A stretch of DNA of 24,000 bases from Frateuria defendens (GCF_001182895.1 NZ_LFQR01000002.1:1-24000), one strand, 5' to 3'. Shown: positions 9,814-22,210, counted from the first letter of the stretch. Numbers and translations: made by a program. Notes: generated by a model not told the origin, from the letters alone.

Positions 9814-10854
9814 ATGATAGAAGCAGTAGATCTCTTTTGTGGCGTGGGAGGACTTACCGCGGGCCTACGCGGTGAGGGCGTGCGGGTTCTCGCCGGCTAC
9901 GACATCGACTCCGCGTGCGAGTTTCCTTACCAGGAGAACAATGACGCCGAGTTCGTTCTGAAAGACGTTACCGAAGTGACGGTCGACGAGATTCGGTGCC
10001 GGTATACGCCCGGTGCTGTGCGACTGCTAGCGGGCTGCGCACCTTGCCAACCATTCTCGACATACAACCAAGGACGAGACACGAGCTCCGATCGAAAGTG
10101 GCCACTTCTCGATCAATTCGCCCGCCTGATCGAAGGGACCGCGCCCGACCTCGTAACCATGGAAAACGTCCCCGATGTCACCAAGCACGACGTATACCAC
10201 CGATTCGTTGCTACGCTGACCGACCGACCCGACCCCTACCATGTATGGGCCGGCACGGTGTCATGCGCGGACTACGGCCTACCCCAGCGACGCAAACGGC
10301 ACGTATTGTTGGCTTCTCGTCTTGGTCCAGTCGAATTGATTTCGCCAACTCACGCCGATCGACACATCACCGTGAAAGAAGCGATTGGCGCGTTACTGCC
10401 AGTAGCTGCCGGCGAAAGCGACCCCATCGACCCGCTGCACACAGCGTCGCGCCTCTCTGACATAAACATGAAGCGAATCAGGGCATCCAAGCCTGATGGA
10501 ACGTGGCGTGACTGGCCAAAACGGTTACGAGCAGCGTGTCACCAAAAAGCTTCTGGGAAGACGTATCCCGGTGTGTACGGCCGCATGTCCTGGGACAAGC
10601 CCAGCCCAACGATGACGACATTGTGCTATGGATATGGCAATGGCCGCTTTGGGCATCCTTCTCAGGACAGAGCCATCACCTTGCGTGAGGCTGCGTTGCT
10701 ACAAGCGTTTCCGCCAGACTACGTTTTCGTTCCACCTGACCAACCTGTCCACTTTCGCACGGTTGGTCGCATGATTGGCAACGCTGTTCCTGTTCGGCTT
10801 GGCGAGATCATCGCCAAGAGCCTACACCAGCATCTCGAACAACTGAGCCGCTGA
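9814..10854 (+). CDS. DNA (cytosine-5-)-methyltransferase
   Basis: Motif I DLFCGVGGLTAGL, motif IV GCAPCQPFS, motif VI MENVPDV, motif VIII QRRKRHVLLAS, motif X RMIGNAVPV. Start chosen at ATG 9814 (MIEAVDLFCG) with an upstream GAGGAAG; 9787 is an alternative. Confidence 0.95.
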   Translation: MIEAVDLFCGVGGLTAGLRGEGVRVLAGYDIDSACEFPYQENNDAEFVLKDVTEVTVDEIRCRYTPGAVRLLAGCAPCQPFSTYNQGRDTSSDRKWPLLDQFARLIEGTAPDLVTMENVPDVTKHDVYHRFVATLTDRPDPYHVWAGTVSCADYGLPQRRKRHVLLASRLGPVELISPTHADRHITVKEAIGALLPVAAGESDPIDPLHTASRLSDINMKRIRASKPDGTWRDWPKRLRAACHQKASGKTYPGVYGRMSWDKPSPTMTTLCYGYGNGRFGHPSQDRAITLREAALLQAFPPDYVFVPPDQPVHFRTVGRMIGNAVPVRLGEIIAKSLHQHLEQLSR

Positions 10855-11260
10855 GCCCGAGTTCATCACGAAGGCGTACCCTGAGGCGGTTCGGAACGCG
10901 GGCTTCGCACTCCCATACGACGACTACACGCCAGCCGAGCTTTTCGAGTTCGGCTCGCTGTCGTACATCACGCGCCACGTTGGCTTCAAATTTCGTCCGC
11001 CAGAATTCGACGTTTGATTTCGGCTCGGATGCGAGACGGCAACCCGGGTGTCGATGCCAAAAGCACCCATGGACAAAGACCGCGACTCGGCGCCGAGGAA
11101 GGACGAGATCAGGAGACCCAGGGAGGTCCTTCCTGTGTAGACGAAACCGGCCACCCAGCGCATGCACCAGCTTCCGGACAATCAATTCGGGTCCGGTATG
11201 CTTTTGCCGCACACGGCCCATGTGCGCGCTTCGCTGGGGCGTTGTCAGCCTATCCGTCAA
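10808..11260 (-). CDS. vsr: Very short patch repair (Vsr) family endonuclease
   Basis: MTDRLTTPQRSAHMGRVRQKHTGPELIVRKLVHALGGRFRLHRKDLPGSPDLVLPRRRVAVFVHGCFWHRHPGCR... with FVHGCFWHRH typical of Vsr. Start is TTG at 11260, retaining the N-terminal R-S-x-x-M. 3' end overlaps the MTase by 47 bp. Confidence 0.93.
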   Translation of the reverse strand: MTDRLTTPQRSAHMGRVRQKHTGPELIVRKLVHALGGRFRLHRKDLPGSPDLVLPRRRVAVFVHGCFWHRHPGCRLASEPKSNVEFWRTKFEANVARDVRQRAELEKLGWRVVVVWECEARVPNRLRVRLRDELGLSGSVVRDAGVGSWR

Positions 11261-13310
11261 GTGATGTCATCAACTCGTTCAAGCTGTTGAGCTCGGCAGT
11301 CGCTTCCATGTATTCGCCGTACGCCTGTTGAGCTCGGTGAATTAGCTCATCGTATTGAAGAATGCGCGATCCCGGTGAGACAAATCGCATCGCATTCTCA
11401 TAGTCTGCGTGATTGTGTTGTTGTTCCGGCACTGGCTGCCCAACGACGAACACAACTTCGATCGAAGGCATTGATTCCGCTTTCGCTTCACCGGTGCTCA
11501 CGAGCATCTTCTTTAGGTCATTGACGTAACCCTTACCCTGCGTCATCAACTCTTGGAGCGTAACCACCCTACCGGCCCGCTTGAGCTCGACAATGACGTG
11601 CTTTCCAGCGACCGTCTTGTATGCAATGTCCACTCTTCCGTTGCTCGTCTCGACATCGCGGTCAGCATGTGTCTCAGCAAACATCTTCGCCACACGCGTC
11701 TCCATGTACTCGGAGCCGGTCGCCCTCTCCCAGGACGGGTCAAGTAGCCAGAGTCGCTTGAAGATGTGCTGCTGGAGAACCTTTTCCTTTACGTTAAGGT
11801 CGACCGCCTTCTCAAGAGCCCGTATTGCTTCCAAACGCCCCGAGACAATGTCCCTATAGGCAGCACCTTCTACTGCATCATGATCAGCGAATAGGCGTAT
11901 CAGTTCGACAGACCCGCTTTCGATTGCCGAAGCCAGAGCATCGCTCATTCCCTTTAACTTCATCCGCTCGAAGCCGTAGATCGCATGCTTTAGCAACTGT
12001 CGACGTTCAGCTTCGTCATCAACGCGCAGACGTTCTACTACACCAATGACGCGACGCGCGTTGCGCTTCAGACCTTCGGAATCGAGCGATGCAATCCAAT
12101 TCCGTATTGCTGGGAATTCGTCCTCCACAACTGTCGGGTCGTCCATGCGGCGCCACTCCGTCCACTGCCTTTCGAGCTGCCCGAGCACCTTTTTGAGGTA
12201 TACGAGCAAATCCTCATACCGCTGATCGTCTTCGATCACGCGTTGGCGATCACTTGTCGCGATGTCCTGATCGCCGCTTTCGTCGAGAAAATCGACCTCG
12301 ATCTGGCCAGTCAGGTATTCCATGTAGTGGCGACTATCGGCAACCGCGCTGAGTATGTTTTCCTGGAACAACCGCCCTCTGGCGATGACCACGACGCCGT
12401 TCAGATTTCCGGCGGCGCCAGTGAGATCCTTTGGCTTGTACGCAGTGCCAAGCCAGCCGCGAACGCGCCGCGACGACTCCCACCCATCAAGCCGGCTATC
12501 GAGCGTCGATTCTCGCTTGACCGACTCCAGCCACTGTGGCTTCTTCCAGTCGCCTATCTTCCACAAATACTGACAAGCTGACAGGTCCCCGCGGTCCTTG
12601 GAGGTAACATCTTCGTCATTGATCGCGACAGTGAAGTCGTCCGTACCGATCACTGAGAATCGCCGGGCTAGGCGTTCACGAAGGTTCTTTGCGCGGACGC
12701 GGTGTTTCTTCAGGTCTCGCAACACGATTCGTGTGCCAACCTTAGGCATTTCTTCCTTAAGGCTGTCGAGTACTTCTGGCCTGTAACGACCTTGCTCGTG
12801 CTTGCGCGCGCTTCCGGCAACGGCTTCGATATCCGCCAGCTTCATCTTGAGCCCGCAACACTCGCCATCTTTGGTAGAGAAGACGGACACCTCCTTCGCG
12901 ATGGAAAACGGCGCGAGTTTGCCGACACCCTTGCGCCCCATGACCGGGCGACCACCCGGCGTGCGATCGTCACCTTTCGCTCGCCGCCGGTAGCCCACAG
13001 TCAGAAACTTCTCGTTGACGTCGTTATGAGTCATGCCGACCCCGTTGTCAGCAATAACAATGCAGTCGCCTGGGACATCAATCTCAATGGACACCTTCTT
13101 GGCGTCGGCGTCCCATGCGTTCGCCACGAGCTCAGTCAGCACCGCCGGTACATTGCTGTAGAGGTTGATGCCGAGGTGGTCAAGCACACTGAGCTCAATG
13201 GAAAGCTCATAGCCCCCTATCACTTCCGACTCGTCTTCAGCGTTCTCCTCAGGGACCAGCACCTCGTCCTCGTCGACCACCTCGCTCTGAGCAACTAGCT
13301 CCTTGTTCAT
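11250..13310 (-). CDS. GHKL/MutL-MORC-like ATPase fused to a C-terminal PD-(D/E)XK nuclease-like domain, probable restriction/defense protein
   Basis: N box ELVANAWDADAKKVSIEI, DNGVGM, GRKGVGKLAPFSIA ATPase motifs; C-terminal GRVDIAYKTVAGKHVIVELKRAG (D...ELK). Start at ATG 13310 (MNKELVAQ) with GGGGAG about 7 nt upstream, not the 13451 track start. 3' end overlaps vsr by 11 nt. Confidence 0.8.
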   Translation of the reverse strand: MNKELVAQSEVVDEDEVLVPEENAEDESEVIGGYELSIELSVLDHLGINLYSNVPAVLTELVANAWDADAKKVSIEIDVPGDCIVIADNGVGMTHNDVNEKFLTVGYRRRAKGDDRTPGGRPVMGRKGVGKLAPFSIAKEVSVFSTKDGECCGLKMKLADIEAVAGSARKHEQGRYRPEVLDSLKEEMPKVGTRIVLRDLKKHRVRAKNLRERLARRFSVIGTDDFTVAINDEDVTSKDRGDLSACQYLWKIGDWKKPQWLESVKRESTLDSRLDGWESSRRVRGWLGTAYKPKDLTGAAGNLNGVVVIARGRLFQENILSAVADSRHYMEYLTGQIEVDFLDESGDQDIATSDRQRVIEDDQRYEDLLVYLKKVLGQLERQWTEWRRMDDPTVVEDEFPAIRNWIASLDSEGLKRNARRVIGVVERLRVDDEAERRQLLKHAIYGFERMKLKGMSDALASAIESGSVELIRLFADHDAVEGAAYRDIVSGRLEAIRALEKAVDLNVKEKVLQQHIFKRLWLLDPSWERATGSEYMETRVAKMFAETHADRDVETSNGRVDIAYKTVAGKHVIVELKRAGRVVTLQELMTQGKGYVNDLKKMLVSTGEAKAESMPSIEVVFVVGQPVPEQQHNHADYENAMRFVSPGSRILQYDELIHRAQQAYGEYMEATAELNSLNELMTSLDG

Positions 13311-13798
13311 TCGCGACTCCCCACTGCCAGATTCGTTGTTGATTTTCGCATTTCCACAACATTTGGAGTCTCGCGCACCTGATGACCTGGGTGGGTTCTT
13401 CTCCGTTAGTGCGGATACTTCCAAGAAGCCCTCGAACACGCCAGGCCTCACCGTCCGCTACGGGTCGATTTCTGCCGGTCGACAGCAACACGCTACTGAT
13501 CATACTGATCAGCGAGACGATCATGGGCGATCGGTCGCGTGATGCGTTAGTTGCGTTACCGCATTCGCGGCGGCGATGAGTGGATGCGCGCCGTGGCAAT
13601 CCATCGCGTGCGCTCCTTCCCTGCGAAGACCATTGCACCCGCGATACCGCATCGCAAGCCACCCTCGGCACCCACGCCTGCCTTGACCCTGGTCCAGCCC
13701 ACGCCGCAGCATACGCAGCCTTGGCCTTCTTTCTCTTTTGCCGCGCGCCGGCGTGGCGCGAGCTTAAGGATCGAGGCCGGGAATCGCGATGTCACCGG

Positions 13799-15232
13799 AT
13801 GAGCGCCATGAGCGGACCCGAGGCCACCTCCCTGCGTCACCTCCCCGCGGTCGCCGCCGTGCTGGCCACGGCCGAGGCGGCTCCGCTGCTGGAGCGGCAC
13901 GGGCGCGCCGCCACCACCGACGCCATCCGCCAGGCCATCGACGCGGCGCGCGAGGCCCTGCGCGCCGCGCCCGCCACGGCGCCGAGCGCCGCCGAGCTGG
14001 CGCAGCGGGCCCAGGGGCTGCTGGAATCGCGCGCGCCCAGCCTGCGCCCGCTGTTCAACCTCACCGGCACCGTGCTGCACACCAATCTCGGCCGCGCCGT
14101 GCTGGCCGAGGCCGCCGTCGAGGCGGCGGTGGCCGCGATGCGCCACGCGGTGGCGCTGGAATACGACCTGGACAGCGGCACGCGCGGCGAGCGCGACGAT
14201 CACCTGCGCGCCCTGCTGTGCGAGCTGACCGGCGCGCAGGACGCCACCGTGGTCAACAACAACGCCGCCGCCGTGCTGCTCTGCCTCAACACGCTCGCGC
14301 TCGGGCGCGAGGCCGTGGTGTCGCGCGGCGAGCTGATCGAGATCGGTGGCGCCTTCCGCATGCCCGACATCATGGCGCGCGCCGGCGCGCGCATGGTCGA
14401 GGTGGGCACCACCAACCGCACCCATCCGGCCGACTACCGCGACGCCCTCAACGCGGACACCGGCGTCGTGCTCAAGGTGCACACCTCCAACTACCGCATC
14501 CAGGGCTTCACCGCGGAAGTCGGCGCGCGCAAGCTGGCCGCGCTCGCCGATGCCGCCGGCGTGCCGCTGCTCAACGACCTCGGCTCCGGCACCCTCGTCG
14601 ATCTCTCCCGCTACGGGCTCGCCAAAGAACCCACCGTGCGCCAGGCCGTGGCCGAGGGCGCGCGGCTGGTCACCTTCTCGGGCGACAAGCTGCTGGGCGG
14701 CCCGCAGGCCGGCTTCATCGTCGGCGACCGCGCGCTGATCGCGCGGATCAACCGCAACCCGCTCAAGCGCGCGCTGCGCGTGGACAAGCTGCGCCTGGCC
14801 GCCATCGAGGCCACGCTGAACCTGTACCGCGATCCCGACCGCCTCGCCGAACGGCTGCCCACCCTGCGCTTCCTGGCCCGCGACAAGGCCGGCATCGAGG
14901 CCCAGGCGCGCCGCCTGCTCCCGGCCGTGGCCGAGCGGCTCGGCATGGCCTTCGCGGTCGAGGTCGGCGACTGCCTGAGCCAGGTCGGCTCCGGCGCCCT
15001 GCCGCTGGATACCCTCGCCAGCGCCGCGCTGCGGATCCGCCCGCGCGGCAGCCAGCGCGAACTCGAACAGCTGGCCGCGGCGTTGCGCGCCTTGCCGCGC
15101 CCGATCGTCGGCCGCGTCGCCGACGGCGCCCTGCGCCTGGACCTGCGCTGCCTGGCCGAAACCGACGAAACACCGTTCCTGGCCTCCCTCGCGCAACTCG
15201 ACACCGGCAGCCTGGCCGCGCACGACCCATGA
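13799..15232 (+). CDS. selA: L-seryl-tRNA(Sec) selenium transferase
   Basis: [71 protein letters not shown] (PLP-lysine region). Start could be ATG 13799 or 13808. Confidence 0.95.
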   Translation: MSAMSGPEATSLRHLPAVAAVLATAEAAPLLERHGRAATTDAIRQAIDAAREALRAAPATAPSAAELAQRAQGLLESRAPSLRPLFNLTGTVLHTNLGRAVLAEAAVEAAVAAMRHAVALEYDLDSGTRGERDDHLRALLCELTGAQDATVVNNNAAAVLLCLNTLALGREAVVSRGELIEIGGAFRMPDIMARAGARMVEVGTTNRTHPADYRDALNADTGVVLKVHTSNYRIQGFTAEVGARKLAALADAAGVPLLNDLGSGTLVDLSRYGLAKEPTVRQAVAEGARLVTFSGDKLLGGPQAGFIVGDRALIARINRNPLKRALRVDKLRLAAIEATLNLYRDPDRLAERLPTLRFLARDKAGIEAQARRLLPAVAERLGMAFAVEVGDCLSQVGSGALPLDTLASAALRIRPRGSQRELEQLAAALRALPRPIVGRVADGALRLDLRCLAETDETPFLASLAQLDTGSLAAHDP

Positions 15233-17172
15233 TCATTGGCACGGCCGGCCATATCGACCACGGCAAGACCTCGCTGGTCAAAGCCCTCACCGGCGTCGAC
15301 GGCGACCGTCTCAAGGAAGAGAAGGCCCGCGGCATCACCATTGACCTCGGCTTCGCCTACCTGCCGCTGGAAGACGGCCTCACCCTCGGCTTCGTCGACG
15401 TGCCCGGCCACGAGCGCTTCGTGCACACCATGGTGGCCGGCGCCAGCGGCATCGACATCGCCCTGCTGGTGGTGGCGGCCGACGACGGAGTGATGCCGCA
15501 GACCCTCGAACACCTGGCGATCCTGGACCTGCTGCACATCCGGCGCGGCCTGGTGGCCCTGACCAAGGCCGACCTGGCGACGCCCGAGCGGCTGGCCGAG
15601 GTGCGCGCGCAGATCCGCGAAGCGACCGCGGGCACCGTGCTCGCTGGCGCCGACATCTTGCCGGTTTCCTCGGCCACGGGCGCCGGCATCGGCGCGCTGC
15701 GCGAGCGGCTTGCCGCCGAGGCGCGCACGCTGGGCGAGCGCGCCGCCGACGGCCGCTTCCGCCTGGCCATCGACCGCGTGTTCGTGCTGCCCGGCATCGG
15801 CGTGACGGTGACCGGCACCGTGCTGTCCGGCGCGGTGCGCGTCAAGGACCAGGTGCTGCTCAGCCCCTCGGGACTGGCCGCGCGCGTGCGCTCGCTGCAT
15901 GCGCAGAACCGCCCCGTGGAGAGCGGGCGGGCCGGCGACCGCTGCGCGCTCAATCTCGTCGGCGAGGGCATCGCCAAGGCGGCGATCCATCGCGGCGACA
16001 TGCTGGTCGACCCTTTCCTGCACGCGCCGACCGACCGCATCGACGCGCGCCTGCGCCTCCTGCCCGGCGAACCCAGGCCGCTCGGCCAATGGTTTCCGGC
16101 GCGGCTGCACCACGGCGCGGTCGAAGTCGGCGCGCGCATCGTGCTGCTCGAAGGCGAGCAACTGCCGCCGGGCGGCACCACCGACATCCAACTGGTGCTG
16201 GATCGGCCGATCGCCGCCGCCGCGCTCGACCGCTTCGTGCTGCGCGACGTCTCCGCCCAGCGCACCCTAGGCGGCGGCCAGTTCCTCGACCTGCGCGCGC
16301 CCTCGCGCCAGCGCCGCACCGCCGCGCGCCAGGCCCAGCGCGCCGCGCTGGCCATCGCCGATCCGCAGCAGGCCTTCGCCGCCCTGCTCGACGCGCCGCC
16401 GTTCGCGTGGGATCTTCCGGGCTTCGCGCGGGAGCGCGCCCTGTCCCCGGCCAGGCTCGATGGCATCGTCGCCGCGCTCTCGCCGCTCGTCTTCGCCGCC
16501 GGCGACGAGCGCATCGCGGTCAACCGGACGCATTGGCTGCGCTTCGTCGCCGGCGTGGTCGAGTGTCTTCAGGCCTTCCACGCCTGCCATCCGGACCTGC
16601 AAGGCATGGGACGGGAGAAGCTGCGGCTGGCCTTGCAGCCCAGGCTGCCCGCCTCCGTCTTTGCGCAGGCCCTGCAGCATGCCGACCTCGCCGACCGCGT
16701 GGTCCGCGATGGCGCTTTCGTGCGGCTGGCCAGCCATTCCCTGCAGCTGAGCGCGGAGCGCGAGGCACTGTGGCAGGCGATTGCCCCGCTGCTGGACGGC
16801 GAGGCCCGCTTCCGCCCGCCGCGGGTGCGCGACATCGCCGGCGCGCTCGCCCAGCCGGAGCCGGACATCCGGCAGCTGATGAAATTCGCCGCACGGCTGG
16901 GCCTGACCGACGAAGTGGCGCACGATCATTTCTTCCTGCGCGCGACCGTGCACGAAATGGTGCTGATCGCCGCCGACGTCGCCGCGCAGGCGCCCGACGG
17001 CCGCTTCACCGCCGCGCAGTTCCGCGACCGCCTCGACAATGGTCGAAAAGTCGCCATCCAGATACTAGAATTCTTCGACCGGCAAGGCGTCACGCTCCAT
17101 CGCGGCACCTTGCGCAGGCTCCAGGCGCGGTACCTCGATTTGTTCGGACCCGTTCCTCTGCAGTCGCGTTGA
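15229..17172 (+). CDS. selB: Selenocysteine-specific translation elongation factor
   Basis: ATG 15229 overlaps selA stop (ATGA). [64 protein letters not shown]; long C-terminal winged-helix region. Confidence 0.96.
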   Translation: MIIGTAGHIDHGKTSLVKALTGVDGDRLKEEKARGITIDLGFAYLPLEDGLTLGFVDVPGHERFVHTMVAGASGIDIALLVVAADDGVMPQTLEHLAILDLLHIRRGLVALTKADLATPERLAEVRAQIREATAGTVLAGADILPVSSATGAGIGALRERLAAEARTLGERAADGRFRLAIDRVFVLPGIGVTVTGTVLSGAVRVKDQVLLSPSGLAARVRSLHAQNRPVESGRAGDRCALNLVGEGIAKAAIHRGDMLVDPFLHAPTDRIDARLRLLPGEPRPLGQWFPARLHHGAVEVGARIVLLEGEQLPPGGTTDIQLVLDRPIAAAALDRFVLRDVSAQRTLGGGQFLDLRAPSRQRRTAARQAQRAALAIADPQQAFAALLDAPPFAWDLPGFARERALSPARLDGIVAALSPLVFAAGDERIAVNRTHWLRFVAGVVECLQAFHACHPDLQGMGREKLRLALQPRLPASVFAQALQHADLADRVVRDGAFVRLASHSLQLSAEREALWQAIAPLLDGEARFRPPRVRDIAGALAQPEPDIRQLMKFAARLGLTDEVAHDHFFLRATVHEMVLIAADVAAQAPDGRFTAAQFRDRLDNGRKVAIQILEFFDRQGVTLHRGTLRRLQARYLDLFGPVPLQSR

Positions 17173-17174
17173 AT

Positions 17175-17271
17175 GGAAGAGAATCGTCTCCGGTGGGGCG
17201 TCCGGACTTCAAATCCGGGTGAGGCAGACAAGACTGTCTCGGGTGGGTTCGACTCCCATTCTCTTCCGCCA
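17175..17271 (+). tRNA. selC: tRNA-Sec (anticodon TCA)
   Basis: GGAAGAGAATCGTCTCCGGTGGGGCGTCCGGACTTCAAATCCGGGTGAGGCAGACAAGACTGTCTCGGGTGGGTTCGACTCCCATTCTCTTCCGCCA. 8-bp acceptor GGAAGAGA/TCTCTTCC, CCGGA-CTTCAAA-TCCGG anticodon arm, long variable arm GAGGCAG/CTGTCTC, encoded CCA. Confidence 0.96.
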
Positions 17272-17453
17272 TGCCGCGGGCGGTTGCCTCCGAACCTGTT
17301 CACGATCCCGCCACCGGCGCGCCGGGCGTCGCGCAGGCGTTCGCCTTGCGCGCAGCCGCGGAGTCATGGCGGCACCACTGCGTAAGCTTGTCGCGCGCAG
17401 CACGCTCCGACAGCAGCAGGGATCAACGCTCGGGGAGCGCGCGAGCAGGTTTC

Positions 17454-18494
17454 TCAGGCGACTTCGACGCCGGGAGCGCCTGCCGCCACCGAGCCGATGA
17501 GGCTCGCGCGGGGGTAGCCCGCCGCCTCGATCATCGCCCGGATCGCCTCGGCCCGTTCCGCCTTGCACGCGACCAGCAGGCCGCCCGAGGTCTGCGGGTC
17601 GGTCAGCAGGGCGCGGTGCCATGCCGGCAGGTGTTCCGGCAACGCCACGCCATCGCCGTAGCTGTTCCAGTTGCGCCCCGAGGCGCCCGTGACGTAGCCC
17701 GCCTCGGCCAGCGCCTCGGCCTGGGCGAGGAAAGGAATGCGCGTCTGCTCGATACTGATCCGCAGGCCGCTGCCGCGAGCCATTTCCAGGCTGTGGCCGA
17801 GCAGGCCGAAGCCGGTGACGTCGGTGATCGCGTGCACGTCCTCGTCCTTGGCCAGCTCGGTGCCGATGCGGTTGAGCAGCGTGGTCGAGGCCAGCATCTC
17901 CGCATACGCCTCCGTCGGCAGCACCTGCTTCTTGAACGCCGCCGAATAGACGCCCACGCCGATGCCCTTGGTCAGGATCAGCGCATCGCCCGCCTGCGCC
18001 CCCGCGTTGCGGCGCACGTTGGCGGGCGCGCACAGCCCGATCGCGGCAAGCCCGTAGATCGGCTCCACCGAATCGATCGAATGGCCGCCCGCGACTGGAA
18101 TGCCGGCCTGCGCGCACACCGCCTCGCCGCCAGCGAGGATCGCCCGCACCGTCTCCACCTCCAGCTTGCCCAGCGGCATGCCCAGGATGGCCAGCGCCAT
18201 GATCGGCTTGCCGCCCATCGCATACACGTCGGACAACGCATTGGCCGCCGCGATGCGGCCGAAATCGTAAGGGTCGTCCACCACCGGCATGAAGAAATCG
18301 GTGGTGGCGATCACGCAGGTGCGCTCGTCCACCTGCCACACCGCCGCATCGTCGCTGGACTCCCTGCCGACCAGCAACTGCGCGAACGGCATCGCCGACG
18401 TCTTGCCGGCGAGCAATTCCTGCAGCACGGACGGCGCGAGCTTGCAGCCACAACCGCCGCCGTGGGCGAGGTCGGTCAGACGAGGGGAGGACAT
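17454..18494 (-). CDS. selD: Selenide, water dikinase (selenophosphate synthetase), Cys-containing form
   Basis: [79 protein letters not shown] 18494 preceded by CAGGAG; the 461-aa track ORF over-extends upstream. Confidence 0.96.
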   Translation of the reverse strand: MSSPRLTDLAHGGGCGCKLAPSVLQELLAGKTSAMPFAQLLVGRESSDDAAVWQVDERTCVIATTDFFMPVVDDPYDFGRIAAANALSDVYAMGGKPIMALAILGMPLGKLEVETVRAILAGGEAVCAQAGIPVAGGHSIDSVEPIYGLAAIGLCAPANVRRNAGAQAGDALILTKGIGVGVYSAAFKKQVLPTEAYAEMLASTTLLNRIGTELAKDEDVHAITDVTGFGLLGHSLEMARGSGLRISIEQTRIPFLAQAEALAEAGYVTGASGRNWNSYGDGVALPEHLPAWHRALLTDPQTSGGLLVACKAERAEAIRAMIEAAGYPRASLIGSVAAGAPGVEVA

Positions 18495-18838
18495 GAGCGG
18501 CTCCTGCGGAAGGCACGATGGCGCGCGGCCAAAATCCTGCGCAGCATAGCGAAAAGCGCTCGCGCTGAAGCCGCGCATACCCGGACAGGCCGACGGCCTT
18601 ATCCGCCGAAACCGCCCGCAGGCGTCGTCACGCCGGGCATGGCTTCGGAGACCGGCGCACCCTCGGCCACGATGGCCAGCAGCAGGCCGCGCGTATCGCC
18701 CGGCGTACCGCAAAGCCGGCGTGCGCGGCCGCTCGGCACTGCTGGCCATGCTGCTGAGGGGAAACGGCAGCGCGTGAGGCCGTTCCGGCACCTCAGTTCG
18801 GCCTCGCCATGGAACCGGAGGCCTTTCTCCGGGCAACA

Positions 18839-18860
18839 AAAAACCCCTGAGGACAGGGGT
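18839..18860 (-). terminator. Rho-independent terminator downstream of tRNA-Ser
   Basis: Minus strand: ACCCCTG-TCCT-CAGGGGT followed by a T-rich tract (TTTTGTTG). Confidence 0.75.
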
Positions 18861-18869
18861 CTTTGCAAC

Positions 18870-18962
18870 TGGCGGAGAGAGAGGGATTCGAACCCTCGAT
18901 AAGGCTTTTGACCCTATACTCCCTTAGCAGGGGAGCCCCTTCGGCCTCTCGGGCATCTCTCC
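18870..18962 (-). tRNA. tRNA-Ser (anticodon GCT)
   Basis: Minus strand GGAGAGATGCCCGAGAGGCCGAAGGGGCTCCCCTGCTAAGGGAGTATAGGGTCAAAAGCCTTATCGAGGGTTCGAATCCCTCTCTCTCCGCCA; anticodon loop CTGCTAA, class II variable arm, encoded CCA. Confidence 0.96.
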
Positions 18963-19035
18963 GTGTTTTGAGCCGCATTGCTGCGGAGCCGGCAAGGATA
19001 CCGACCAATGCGGCCGAGGTAAAGGTTTCGCTCGC

Positions 19036-19242
19036 TCAGTGCTCGCTGGAACCGCCGGTGGAGCCGTCGCCGGACTCGTTCTCGCCCTTGATGCGCTGGT
19101 AGATCTCTTCGCGGTGCACCGCGACGTTCTTGGGTGCATTGATGCCAATGCGGACCTGGTTGCCTTTAACGCCGAGCACGGTGACGGTCACCTCGTCGCC
19201 GATCATCAAGGTTTCACCGACCCTGCGGGTCAGAATCAACAT
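19036..19242 (-). CDS. csrA: Carbon storage regulator CsrA/RsmA
   Basis: [51 protein letters not shown], 68 aa. Confidence 0.97.
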   Translation of the reverse strand: MLILTRRVGETLMIGDEVTVTVLGVKGNQVRIGINAPKNVAVHREEIYQRIKGENESGDGSTGGSSEH

Positions 19243-19509
19243 GTTTTCTACTCCATGGATACTGATGGTTTAAGGCCTGCACGGCGTGAACCTCACCCCT
19301 GAGTCCACGCCTTGCATTCGACGACCGTCCGTCGAAGGCCTTACCGCCTTCCCCGGCACTCACAAACCTGTGTTCAAAGAACTTGTCTGTCGGCCTCGTT
19401 GCCTTGCAACGAACACCGGCATCCGACGGATACTAGCCGAGCCCAAGCGCCCTATGCAATGCGCTGGGCGCGGCGCGCTTCTTCATGTGGCAGCCGGGCC
19501 CTTTCGTAC

Positions 19510-22152
<2,643 letters not shown>

Positions 22153-22210
22153 GCGGATCTGGCGGCAAACTGGAAAAGAAAGCGCTTGGGACGCTGAACG
22201 CCGCGTTCGA

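Noticed and set aside
13311-13451. Upstream extension of the GHKL gene to 13451
   Set aside because: ATG 13310 has GGGGAG at good spacing, and the extra 47 residues show no conserved-looking features.
13556-15223. Antisense ORF (555 aa) over selA and antisense ORFs 14611..16191 and 15357..16523 over selB
   Set aside because: No family signature; explained by high-GC third-position bias opposite real genes.
18495-18839. N-terminal extension of selD in the track ORF
   Set aside because: Extension is compositionally non-protein-like; ATG 18494 has a good ribosome site and matches the SelD N-terminus.
17271-18902. 543-aa plus-strand ORF across selD and the 435-aa alternative minus frame 17209..18516
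   Set aside because: Both overlap selD, which has clear catalytic and ATP-binding motifs; they are frame shadows.
18870-18962. tRNA-Ser as an integration site for an island carrying the sel genes
   Set aside because: I found no duplicated tRNA 3' end elsewhere in the window and no integrase; the tRNA-csrA-alaS order looks like ordinary backbone.
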